In this document: positions 31,256-40,438 of the stretch, piece after piece
How positions within the stretch are numbered: the stretch's first letter is position 1
How the letters are laid out: every line of letters starts with the position of its first letter
The notes under the pieces: generated by a model
Databases searched by the model: none
What the model saw: only the letters and a program-made list of their open reading frames with translations
Told to the model about the DNA's origin: nothing
Translations under genes and position numbers: made by a program
DNA from: Prevotella sp.
GTDB taxonomy: Bacteria > Bacteroidota > Bacteroidia > Bacteroidales > Bacteroidaceae
Length of the DNA: 64,000 bases
Direction of reading: 5' to 3'
NCBI GenBank assembly: GCA_045600325.1
Contig: JAZRXS010000086.1
Span: 16-64,015 of the forward strand

Positions 31256-32803
31256 TTAATAGACAAACTTTTCAGGAAGAAATGGCTTAATAAATAGGAA
31301 GATAAGTATGTAACATAGAATAACCTGCGGTATATTTATGTGGATTTCCTGTATGGAAGAGTAGGGAAGGGCTGCCATGAAATGGGTATAGTCGTTCATT
31401 GTGGAAGCAGTGAAAACGAGTATTCTTTGGCAAAATGTGAATGCAACAGGAATGAAAGAAACTGCGAGAGTGAGGATGCCGAGGGTGAGCATAGTGGTGA
31501 CAAAGACGCCCATGAATAAGTTTGTAAAAAGGAAATAGACGGGGAATCTGCCGTAGTGGTAGAGGATGAGTGGCAATGTGCCGAGCTGTGCAGCGAAAGA
31601 GATGAGGAATATATTGAAGACATAAATCCCTATACGATATTTATGGAATGCTTTTGAGTCTATCCTTGACCAGAAAGATTTTGAGAAAACAAGTATGAAA
31701 AATACTGCCGTGAACGATAGTTGGAAACTGACATCAAACAGACTTTGTGGTGAGAACAATAGAATAAGGAAGGCTGCAACAAAGATTGTGTTGAGGGAAT
31801 AGGAGAAACCGCTTAAGGCACGAGCCAATATCATGAGTGTGAACATTATAGCTACACGGAGAATGGATATTGGCATGCCTACGAGAAAAGCGAATGCCCA
31901 TACGAAGATTAATTGGATTATTGTGGTGGTTCTGATGCTGAACCTTGACAGAAGAAAGCTGAGTATGCTGAGCAATATGCTAATATGCAGGCCGGAAAGG
32001 GCAAGGACATGCGAGACTCCGGCGGCTGAGTAGTTGTCTTTTGTTTGTTGTGATAGCTGGGATTTGTCGCCAAGAAGCATGGCGGCAATTATGGCTGACG
32101 TTTGGTCTTCTTGGGATAAGGAGCGAGAGGGGAGGAGTGTTGTGAGGAGCTTGTCGCGGAGAAGAAGAGGATATAGGGAGAGAGGGACAGAAGCGGTTGC
32201 TTCGGGAACGATGGCGGACTTGACCGATGCGGTTGCTTCGGGAACGGTGGTTGTTGCGCCGAAAAGAGAATCTTCGGGGAAGGTGGTGGGGAGAGTGATG
32301 AAGGTTGTGGCTGCGTAGCCGTGACGCTTCAGGAAAAGCGCATAGTTGAAGTTGGGAGAAAGTGTGAAGTTTTTTGGCTCGTTCCAACGGGAAGTGCATG
32401 AAATGCGGTCGCCAATGTGGAGCGTGGCGTCAGTTTTTATGTAGGCATTTAGTTTGTAAGTGCTTTCAAATAAGGTTGTTGTGAGGTCGCAAGTGTATTT
32501 GTCGTTCCTGAAAACTGGTGGGGAAGTGATGATTGCTTCGTATGAAATCTTTTCTTCGGGAAGGGTTACGCGCTTGCCTTGCCAATCAAGTGCCATGACA
32601 AATGCACCGAGAAGAATGGAGGAGGTTAGGAGCGATAGAGAGGAGAGCGTTTCGTTCTTGCGGAGAAGGAAGAAGGCAAGAAGGGATATGAGAAGTGCAA
32701 TCCCGCAATAAACAGGCATTGCCTCGTACTGACGGAGTTGGTCAGCCAAGGCAATGCCGAGAGAGAAGAATAGGAGTATTCTTGGGATTGGGAATTGAGT
32801 CAT
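31256..32803 (-). CDS. comEC: ComEC/Rec2 competence protein
   Basis: AMLLGDK, AGVSHVLALSGLH, SILRVAIM, SFQLSF; start taken at MTQFP after the GH106 stop. Confidence 0.88.
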   Translation of the reverse strand: MTQFPIPRILLFFSLGIALADQLRQYEAMPVYCGIALLISLLAFFLLRKNETLSSLSLLTSSILLGAFVMALDWQGKRVTLPEEKISYEAIITSPPVFRNDKYTCDLTTTLFESTYKLNAYIKTDATLHIGDRISCTSRWNEPKNFTLSPNFNYALFLKRHGYAATTFITLPTTFPEDSLFGATTTVPEATASVKSAIVPEATASVPLSLYPLLLRDKLLTTLLPSRSLSQEDQTSAIIAAMLLGDKSQLSQQTKDNYSAAGVSHVLALSGLHISILLSILSFLLSRFSIRTTTIIQLIFVWAFAFLVGMPISILRVAIMFTLMILARALSGFSYSLNTIFVAAFLILLFSPQSLFDVSFQLSFTAVFFILVFSKSFWSRIDSKAFHKYRIGIYVFNIFLISFAAQLGTLPLILYHYGRFPVYFLFTNLFMGVFVTTMLTLGILTLAVSFIPVAFTFCQRILVFTASTMNDYTHFMAALPYSSIQEIHINIPQVILCYILIFLFIKPFLPEKFVY

Positions 32804-32807
32804 GAGG

Positions 32808-35420
32808 CTATTGGAAGATTTCGATGCAAGGAACGGAGTTGAGTCCTGATTCCATAAGCTGCCAGTGAGCGTAGCCTGTCTTCTTGTAGTTGAGATCCAC
32901 GAGGTTGATTTCCTTATACTTGCGCCATGGGATGCCCTTGCGATCAAGTGCTGCAATGCGGTTGGCAGGGAGGTTTGTTACTTCCACTTCCAGGGTATTG
33001 CAACCCGGCTTGATGAAGTCTGTGATGTCAATCTCGAAAGGAACCGCCCAAAGTGTGCCGACATTCTTGCCGTTGATTGTAACTCGAGCGCTTTCGCGAA
33101 CATCGCCAAGATTGAGGATGAAGCGAGGCTTTGATGAACCTGAAGCGGACGCTTCGGGAACAGTGGCACTTCCTGATTTGAGCATTTCTGGCTCAATGTC
33201 AACATTTACTGTGTAGATACCGCTGCCAGCAAGTGAGTCAAGCTGTGCATCGCCAAGTTCTGTCCATGAGCATGGGCGATTGATGAGAGTGTCTTTCTCA
33301 AGAGTTGGGAAAGAGAGAGTCCAGTCCTTATCGAGGATAATCTTCTTGCCTGTAGGGGTGAGGAGCTTGTCAGTCGGGAGGTTCTTAGGTGCTGCAGAAG
33401 CAGTGTTATATGTCTGGAGAATGCAGGATTCGCCCGAAGCAAGGTGGATATAAACCTGAGTCTTGCCGTCCTGCTTGCGAGTCATGGCTTTCTTTACCTC
33501 GCCGTTCATTGGGTTGAACCATGCAACTTCCTCAGCATCAACGCCAAGAGTAATCCATTCGCTTACGCCTTTGTCCTGAAGAGAAGAGATGAAGTAGTGG
33601 TAGCCAGTATCGTTCTTGCGACGAATTGCAGAGAGACCGTACTGTGTTTTCATTTCCTCTGGCACAGCACTGAGAGCGGAAAGCGAAGAAGCGCAGTACT
33701 TAGGCAATTGCTTTGCTATCTTCTTGAAAGCCTTGCGGCGTGCCTTTAGGTCGCCATAACCAGGGACATCGTCAGGGAATTGGTCAAGGAAAACTATTGT
33801 TGCGCCTTGCTTTGCGAGGTCGAGAAGCTTTGCGAGAACATCGTGAGGCATGAGTTTTGCGCCAGGAACAACGAGTCCTTTGTACTCCGTGCCACCTTCA
33901 GTGCAAAGCATTTCGTTTTGGAAAGTGAGCGTACGGATGAAGTTGTCCGAGATATAGTCGCAGTCGTAGCCTTGCTTTACGATGGAGTTGATGGAAGCAA
34001 TGAACTTTGGAGCGAGCTGATCCATCTTGTGAATGTCGAACATAAGGAGTCCGCCGCCGTTCTCTTGCCACATATCATATATAGGTACGTACACGAGGAA
34101 GTCGTTGTCCGGCTGTCCCATTTGCATGAAAGATTGGCAGCGAGTGATGTATTTGCACATTTCTGGCACGTCTTTCCAAATGGAGTTTGTAGGCGACATG
34201 TCAACAGATGCATAGAACTTCCAACCTGGCCATGGATCATCCTTTGGGGAGTAGCATGTGCCATGGAAGTACATGTGGTTGATGCCGGCAGTCATGAATA
34301 GGTCAATCTCTGGCTTGCACTGTGAGAGAGAGGTGCGGAAATGCTCTGTAAGCCAAGTGAATGACTCGGAAGACGTGAGGTTTTTGCCGGAGATATGCGC
34401 TGCTGACGAAGCGTATTTCAGCATGGAGAGGTCAGAATAGTTCTTGCGAACAAGTGAGTCCTGACGGAGATTCTTGATGCCAAACTGCGAAAGACCGAAA
34501 CCTTCACACTCCGGAATATCAACGGCAGCATAGATGTCGATGAGGTTGCCCGGGCTTCCGTGAGCTTGGTTACGGGTAACTGTGCCGTGCTCGTGAGCCC
34601 AAGAAGTCCAGGTTGTTGTGAAGTTCTCAAGGAGAAGTTCGCCGAGAGTCTGGCGATAATCCGAGATTATACGGCGGCTTTCGTCTGAATTTTCGTCCAC
34701 GGCGAGTGCCTTTACTGCCTCGTTCTTGCTGTCGAACACCTTGCGCAGCAGGTCGTTATACTTGGAAAGATCATAGCCGCGACGCTTCTTGAACTCGTCA
34801 AACAATGCTGGTGTCCATGAAGCTTGATAGACTTCGTAAGAGTCGTTGAAGAAGTTGTGAGGATAACGCGCACCAGAAGAAGCGAAAGCCTGTGTGAAGC
34901 GGTCGAGATAACGCTCGACAGCTTGCTTGTTGAAGTGGTCAAGGACATAACCTTCGCCACCAGGAGCTGCACGCTTTACCTTCTGCTTTGTCTTGCCGAC
35001 AACGAAGTTTCCGTCCTTGTCGAAGCTTGCTTGGCTTGCGGCATCGTCAAGACTGACCGTAGGACCGCCGAAAGGCCAGCCTGTGCCGGTGTTCATGTCT
35101 ATCTTCAAGCCAACCTTGTCGCCCTTGTTGTTGAGGAAATTGAGCATCTGCATCCATTTCGGAGAGAGGAAAGGGATGTCGTTTGCGTCGTTGCCTTGCA
35201 CGCCGTAGATAGGGGTTATTTCAAGTCCGCCGAGACCAGCCTTGGCATATTCGTCAAGGAGGTAGTCGAGATTCTGCTCGTCAACGGCGCTTCCGAGCCA
35301 CCACCAGCGCGAGAAAGGCTTGGCTTCAGGGGCTGCCGTTGGCCATAATGACTGCTGTGCGGAGGCTGTAATGCTCAGGAATGCTGTGAGCGAAAGGAGA
35401 GTAGCTTTAAGGTTTTTCAT
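32808..35420 (-). CDS. GH106 alpha-L-rhamnosidase family protein
   Basis: KPFSRWWWLGSAV, GLEITPIYG, GTGWPFGGP, FFNDSYE, RNQAHGSP, SESFTWL. Confidence 0.85.
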   Translation of the reverse strand: MKNLKATLLSLTAFLSITASAQQSLWPTAAPEAKPFSRWWWLGSAVDEQNLDYLLDEYAKAGLGGLEITPIYGVQGNDANDIPFLSPKWMQMLNFLNNKGDKVGLKIDMNTGTGWPFGGPTVSLDDAASQASFDKDGNFVVGKTKQKVKRAAPGGEGYVLDHFNKQAVERYLDRFTQAFASSGARYPHNFFNDSYEVYQASWTPALFDEFKKRRGYDLSKYNDLLRKVFDSKNEAVKALAVDENSDESRRIISDYRQTLGELLLENFTTTWTSWAHEHGTVTRNQAHGSPGNLIDIYAAVDIPECEGFGLSQFGIKNLRQDSLVRKNYSDLSMLKYASSAAHISGKNLTSSESFTWLTEHFRTSLSQCKPEIDLFMTAGINHMYFHGTCYSPKDDPWPGWKFYASVDMSPTNSIWKDVPEMCKYITRCQSFMQMGQPDNDFLVYVPIYDMWQENGGGLLMFDIHKMDQLAPKFIASINSIVKQGYDCDYISDNFIRTLTFQNEMLCTEGGTEYKGLVVPGAKLMPHDVLAKLLDLAKQGATIVFLDQFPDDVPGYGDLKARRKAFKKIAKQLPKYCASSLSALSAVPEEMKTQYGLSAIRRKNDTGYHYFISSLQDKGVSEWITLGVDAEEVAWFNPMNGEVKKAMTRKQDGKTQVYIHLASGESCILQTYNTASAAPKNLPTDKLLTPTGKKIILDKDWTLSFPTLEKDTLINRPCSWTELGDAQLDSLAGSGIYTVNVDIEPEMLKSGSATVPEASASGSSKPRFILNLGDVRESARVTINGKNVGTLWAVPFEIDITDFIKPGCNTLEVEVTNLPANRIAALDRKGIPWRKYKEINLVDLNYKKTGYAHWQLMESGLNSVPCIEIFQ

Positions 35421-35497
35421 ATAGGGGAAGGGTTAGTTTTGAAAGAGGGGGGGAGGGAACCCTCGCAAGAATGCGAGGGGAGTGCAGAAGCGCAGGG

Positions 35498-36025
35498 TTA
35501 ATCCTTTGTGAGGGCGAGGATTTTGTTGACGGAATCCTGGATTTTGTCGAAGGTGTCCATGAGGGTAATGTCAACAACGTGCTTTGCCTTGTTGTAGAAT
35601 TGCTCGCGATACTGGAGCTGTTCTGCGATGAAAGTCTTCACTTCCTCTGGCGTCTTGTCCTTGAGGAGCGGACGTTCAGTCTTGCCCATCTTGAGATGTT
35701 CGAAAAGAACCTCAGGCGAGCATTTGAGATAAATGGTCTCGCCTTGGGCGTTGAGATAGTCCATATTGTCGAAGAAACAAGGAGTGCCGCCGCCACATGA
35801 GATGATAACGTCCTCGAACTCCGCTACTTCGTGTAGCATTGCTTTCTCTATCTGGCGGAAACCTTCCTCGCCTTTCGTGGCGAAAATCTCGGAAACAGTG
35901 GTGCGGTGGCGAGACTCTATGTACCAGTCAAGGTCGTAGAACATCATGCCAGTCTTCTTTGAGAGCTGGTGACCGATGGTTGTCTTGCCAGCGCCCATGT
36001 AGCCGATTAAGATTATTCTTTTCAT
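35498..36025 (-). CDS. aroK: Shikimate kinase
   Basis: GYMGAGKTT, GEEGFR, CGGGTP, RPLL. Confidence 0.95.
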   Translation of the reverse strand: MKRIILIGYMGAGKTTIGHQLSKKTGMMFYDLDWYIESRHRTTVSEIFATKGEEGFRQIEKAMLHEVAEFEDVIISCGGGTPCFFDNMDYLNAQGETIYLKCSPEVLFEHLKMGKTERPLLKDKTPEEVKTFIAEQLQYREQFYNKAKHVVDITLMDTFDKIQDSVNKILALTKD

Positions 36026-36085
36026 GTATTGGGGAAAATGCCCTCGCAAAAATGCGAGGGTAGTGTATAAGCTTTTGGGAAAGAT

Positions 36086-38380
36086 CTATTTCTTTACAAT
36101 TTCCATGCACTCTTCGTAAGTAAGCTCTTCGGCTTTCTGCTGCAGAGCCTTTGTCATGCGGTAGTTCTTGCCGTTGTAGGCAATGTATATTCCGTAGCGT
36201 CCAGTGCGAATCTCGAGTTTAGCATCTTCGGCGAAAGCCTTGACAACCTTCTTTTCCTCAGTCTTCTGTTTCTCTTCAATGAGTGCGATAGCTTCCTCAA
36301 GAGTAAGAGACATAGGGTCAACGCCCTTTGGAATAGACGTATATTTCTTGTTATGAAGCACGTAAGGACCGAAGCGACCAGTGCCGATGCTTACTGTCTT
36401 GCCTTCGTGTTTTCCGAGATCCTTTGGAAGTTCAAACAGCTTGAGAGCTTCTTCGAGAGTCATGTCGGTCATTGCCTTGCCGGCTGGAAGTTGTGCAAAC
36501 AAAGGCTTGATGTCTTCGCCAGCAGCACCAAGTTGTACGACAGGACCGTAGCGACCAATCTTCACGAATACCGGTCTGCCACTCTTTGGGTCGATACCCA
36601 ATTCGCGTTCTCCCACCTTATGCTCGCTGTGTATGCCCATTGCCGTGTCAACATCCTTCTCGAAGTCCTTGTCGAACTCCTGGATAGACTTCAACCAGTC
36701 GGCTTTTCCTTCTGCAATAGAGTCAAAATCCTGTTCCACCTTCGCTGTGAAGTTGTAGTCAAGGATATTTGGGAACTGGTCAATGAGGAAGTCGTTTACG
36801 ATGGTTCCGATGTCAGTAGGCATGAGCTTACCCTTCTCTGAACCAGCCTTTTCCTTCTTTGTTGTAGATGAAATCTTGTCGTTCTTGAGAGTGATGACAG
36901 AGAACTCGCGCTCATATCCAGGCTTGTCGCCCTTCTGCACGTATTCACGCTGCTGGATAGTGGAAATTGTTGGCGCGTATGTTGATGGACGACCGATGCC
37001 AAGTTCCTCAAGCTTATGAACGAGAGAAGCCTCAGTGAAGCGTGTAGGCCCCTGTGAGAAACACTGTGTTGAAACGATTTCCTTGCGAGAAAGCGTGTCG
37101 CCGGCAATCATTTGTGGCAGCATGTTTGACTCAGATTCCTGCTTGTTGTTGTCGTCATCGTCAGTGCTTTCGCGATAAACCTTGAGGAAACCGTCGAAAA
37201 CAATAACCTCACCGTTGGCAACGAAACAAGCGTCAGTGCCACTGATGGAGATTGTTGCGGTGGTCTTTTCCAGCTCAGCATCAGCCATTTGCGATGCAAT
37301 GGTGCGCTTGCGGATAAGCTCATAGAGACGCTTTTCAGCGGAATTGCCCTCGATTTCAGTCTTGTCTATATATGTAGGACGTATAGCCTCGTGAGCTTCC
37401 TGAGCACCCTTTGCATTGGTATGATACTGACGAACCTTGCTGTATTCCTCGCCATACTGCTCGGTAATCTCCTTCTTGCTTGCGTTTATGCAGAGTCCTG
37501 AGAGGTTTACGGAGTCGGTACGCATGTAGGTGATCTCACCATGCTCGTAGAGATGCTGTGCGATGAGCATTGTCTGTGATACGGTGAAACCCAGTTTGCG
37601 AGCTGCTTCCTGCTGTAGAGTAGAAGTCGTGAAAGGAGGTGCAGGAGTGCGCTTTGTAGGCTTTTTCTGCACATCAGCCACCGTAAACTCCGCATTCTTG
37701 CAAAGAGCAAGGAATGCTTCCGCCTCTTCCTTCGTAGAGAAACGGCGGTCAAGATTAGCCTTTACGGTTGTCTTCTTGTCGTTGTCGAGGGTAAAGAGGG
37801 CAGTTACGCGGAAGTAAGGTTCGCTCTTGAAGGCTTCCACCTCACGTTCGCGCTCAACGATAAGGCGAACAGCGACACTCTGGACACGACCGGCAGAGAG
37901 TGCTGGCTTCACCTTACGCCAGAGAACCGGTGAGAGCTTGAAACCGACAAGACGGTCAAGCACGCGGCGAGCCTGCTGTGCATTGACGAGGTTCATGTCG
38001 AGAGTTCGAGGCGATTCTATGGCCTGGAGTATGGCGTTCTTGGTGATTTCGTGGAAAACGATACGCTTTGTCTTTTCCTTATCGAGCTTGAGGACTTCGC
38101 AAAGGTGCCATGAGATGGCTTCTCCTTCGCGGTCTTCATCGGATGCGAGCCAAACCTGTTCGGCTTTCTTCGCATTAGCGCGCAAATCTGAAACAACCTT
38201 CTTCTTGTCGTCTGGGATTTCGTAAGCAGGCATCAGTGTTTTGTCATCGAGTGAGATGCCCTTCTTCTTCAAGTCGCGGATGTGTCCGTAGCTTGACATC
38301 ACCTTGTAGTCGCTGCCGAGGAAACGCTCAATGGTCTTGGCTTTCGCAGGGCTCTCTACAATTACTAAGTTCTTTTGCAT
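36086..38380 (-). CDS. topA: DNA topoisomerase I
   Basis: LVIVESPAKAK, SDEDREGE, SAGRVQS, ITYMRTDS, GIGRPSTY. Confidence 0.98.
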   Translation of the reverse strand: MQKNLVIVESPAKAKTIERFLGSDYKVMSSYGHIRDLKKKGISLDDKTLMPAYEIPDDKKKVVSDLRANAKKAEQVWLASDEDREGEAISWHLCEVLKLDKEKTKRIVFHEITKNAILQAIESPRTLDMNLVNAQQARRVLDRLVGFKLSPVLWRKVKPALSAGRVQSVAVRLIVEREREVEAFKSEPYFRVTALFTLDNDKKTTVKANLDRRFSTKEEAEAFLALCKNAEFTVADVQKKPTKRTPAPPFTTSTLQQEAARKLGFTVSQTMLIAQHLYEHGEITYMRTDSVNLSGLCINASKKEITEQYGEEYSKVRQYHTNAKGAQEAHEAIRPTYIDKTEIEGNSAEKRLYELIRKRTIASQMADAELEKTTATISISGTDACFVANGEVIVFDGFLKVYRESTDDDDNNKQESESNMLPQMIAGDTLSRKEIVSTQCFSQGPTRFTEASLVHKLEELGIGRPSTYAPTISTIQQREYVQKGDKPGYEREFSVITLKNDKISSTTKKEKAGSEKGKLMPTDIGTIVNDFLIDQFPNILDYNFTAKVEQDFDSIAEGKADWLKSIQEFDKDFEKDVDTAMGIHSEHKVGERELGIDPKSGRPVFVKIGRYGPVVQLGAAGEDIKPLFAQLPAGKAMTDMTLEEALKLFELPKDLGKHEGKTVSIGTGRFGPYVLHNKKYTSIPKGVDPMSLTLEEAIALIEEKQKTEEKKVVKAFAEDAKLEIRTGRYGIYIAYNGKNYRMTKALQQKAEELTYEECMEIVKK

Positions 38381-38606
38381 ATTATTCTAAGGTGGGCTAA
38401 ATGTGCTCCCACTGCTTGGTTACTGAATGGATTTTCTGTTTTCGGGCTGCAAAAGTATTACATTTTTTTCTCTTACACATTATTATATATAGGAAAAAGC
38501 ATTTTGAATCGGGAAAAAGTGATTTATGTGGTTTTATTTGTGGTATAAAGCAATAATCTTAAAACATAAAACCGAAAACTCAAAACTTATTTGTAATTTT
38601 GTACCC

Positions 38607-39434
38607 ATGAAACATTTCTTGCTGACATTAACCCTTGTTTTCTTCTCGATTTCCGCTTTCTCGCAGAGACATTCCGGCTCCATAAAACTGGATTTGTGGG
38701 CTCATGGAGCCCCTGTGGAGAGTGTTGATCCACAGGATTCCGCCCAGGTGTATATATATTTCCCTGCCCAGGAACGCAACACCGGGCGTGCCGTCGTGAT
38801 ATGTCCCGGTGGCGGCTACTCCCATCTCTCCATGGAAAACGAAGGCCATCGTTGGGCAGACTTCTTCCAGGGACTTGGCGTTACTGCCGTTGTGCTGAAG
38901 TATCGTATGCCTCATGGCAACCCGCAAGTGCCGATCTGTGATGCGGAAGGTGCGATGAAGATGGTGCGCGCGAATGCGGAAGAGTGGGGTATAAAGGACG
39001 GTCACATAGGTATTATGGGCTTTTCTGCTGGCGGACATCTGGCTTCCATCGTCGCTACGCAGAGCCATGACCAAGCCAAGGCAGACTTCCAGATACTGTT
39101 CTATCCAGTGGTTTCCATGATGGAAGGCATTACGCATCAAGGCTCGCTTGAGAATCTGCTTGGACAGCATTCGCAGAAGCGACAGCAACGCCAGTACAGC
39201 AGTGATATTCACGTGTCAAGATGGACGCCAAGAGCTTTCATCTGCCTCGCCGATGACGACGAGAAGGTTCTGCCGATAAATGGCATAAACTATTATATGC
39301 AATTGTATAAGCACGATGTTCCAGTGTCTTTGCATGTCTATCCAAAGGGCGGACACGGCTTCGGATTCCGCGGATCCTTCCCATTTCATGCCGAGATGAT
39401 ACAGGAACTCAAGGCTTGGCTACAGAGCTTTTAG
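38607..39434 (+). CDS. Alpha/beta hydrolase (esterase)
   Basis: CPGGGY, GFSAGG, GGHGFG; signal peptide; start at MKHFLL. Confidence 0.88.
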   Translation: MKHFLLTLTLVFFSISAFSQRHSGSIKLDLWAHGAPVESVDPQDSAQVYIYFPAQERNTGRAVVICPGGGYSHLSMENEGHRWADFFQGLGVTAVVLKYRMPHGNPQVPICDAEGAMKMVRANAEEWGIKDGHIGIMGFSAGGHLASIVATQSHDQAKADFQILFYPVVSMMEGITHQGSLENLLGQHSQKRQQRQYSSDIHVSRWTPRAFICLADDDEKVLPINGINYYMQLYKHDVPVSLHVYPKGGHGFGFRGSFPFHAEMIQELKAWLQSF

Positions 39435-39448
39435 CATACTAAAACCAC

Positions 39449-39678
39449 TGATACTATTTTGTCAGAATAGCCGTCCGAAATGTAACTCATAGAGTTTTGA
39501 CTAAAAACTCATAGGAAAACGACCAAAAACTCCCAGGGTTTTGACCCAAAACCGTGGGAGTTTTTAGTCAAAAGTCATAGAGTTTTTGATGGGATTTCTA
39601 TTTGTCTGGAAATCAAATAGTTATAAAGACGGGAAATTCGGGGTGGATAAGATAATCGTGACTGATACTATTTTGTCA
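39449..39678 (-). repeat. ~231-bp DR-bounded element, copy B (inverted)
   Basis: TGATACTATTTTGTCA at 39449 and 39663; units at 39482, 39504, 39526, 39548, 39570. Confidence 0.88.
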
Positions 39679-39745
39679 GGTTTCTCCTTGGAAACAATCC
39701 GATATACAAAACAAAAAGCGAGCCGAAATCGACTCGCTTAGTGTG

Positions 39746-39816
39746 TTGGGCTACCCGGATTCGAACCAGGAAAGGCAGGACCAGAATCTGCAGTGTTACC
39801 ATTACACCATAGCCCA
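39746..39816 (-). tRNA. tRNA-Gln(CTG)
   Basis: TGGGCTA...TAGCCCA acceptor stem, GCAGA-TTCTGGT-CCTGC anticodon arm, GTTCGAATC T-loop; TACCTTTG promoter at 39836-39843. Confidence 0.95.
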
Positions 39817-40076
39817 ATTGTTTTGTTTGCGGGTGCAAAGGTACATAGTTTTTGGAAACTGACAAAGAAAATCTCAAGTTTTTTCATAAAAAAACGTAAA
39901 TTTTTTGATTTTTGGGCTATAATATGGCGAAAAATAGTAATTTTGTACCGATATTTGAGTGCTTTGGCGCGCTTTTTGCAACGTATGAAGCGACGAATGT
40001 CAGTACGACAAAATCATAAGATGCATGTCGTGAAGAATGAATTATTAACAAAAAAGACTAAAAACATTAAACAATA

Positions 40077-40433
40077 ATGCAGAAAAACGATTTAGTAGAA
40101 GCTATAGTAGAAGGAATTGAAGAAAAGAAGGGTGAAGACATTGTTGTCGTTGACCTGAATGGTGTGGAAAGCGCTATTTGCAAGTATTTCGTCATTTGTA
40201 GTGGCAACTCTACCATGCAGGTTGATGCCATCTGCGACTCTATTGAGGAGTTTGCCCGCAAGAAGGCTGGCGAAAAGCCGGTAAGAATAGCCGGAAGGGA
40301 AAACTCGCAGTGGGTGGCAATGGACTATGTGGATGTCATCGTACACATCTTCCTTCCTGAAGTTCGCGATTATTATAGAATAGAAGACCTCTGGCAGGAC
40401 GCTGAGATCTTCGAGGAAGGCGAAGGAGAATAA
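40077..40433 (+). CDS. rsfS: Ribosome silencing factor
   Basis: KKGEDI, YFVICSGNS, WVAMDY..VHIF..R.YY.IEDLW. Confidence 0.95.
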   Translation: MQKNDLVEAIVEGIEEKKGEDIVVVDLNGVESAICKYFVICSGNSTMQVDAICDSIEEFARKKAGEKPVRIAGRENSQWVAMDYVDVIVHIFLPEVRDYYRIEDLWQDAEIFEEGEGE

Positions 40434-40438
40434 CAATA

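Noticed and set aside
32804..32956. N-terminal extension of ComEC in the ORF track
   Set aside because: Overlaps the GH106 3' end; the ATG at 32803 directly follows the GH106 stop
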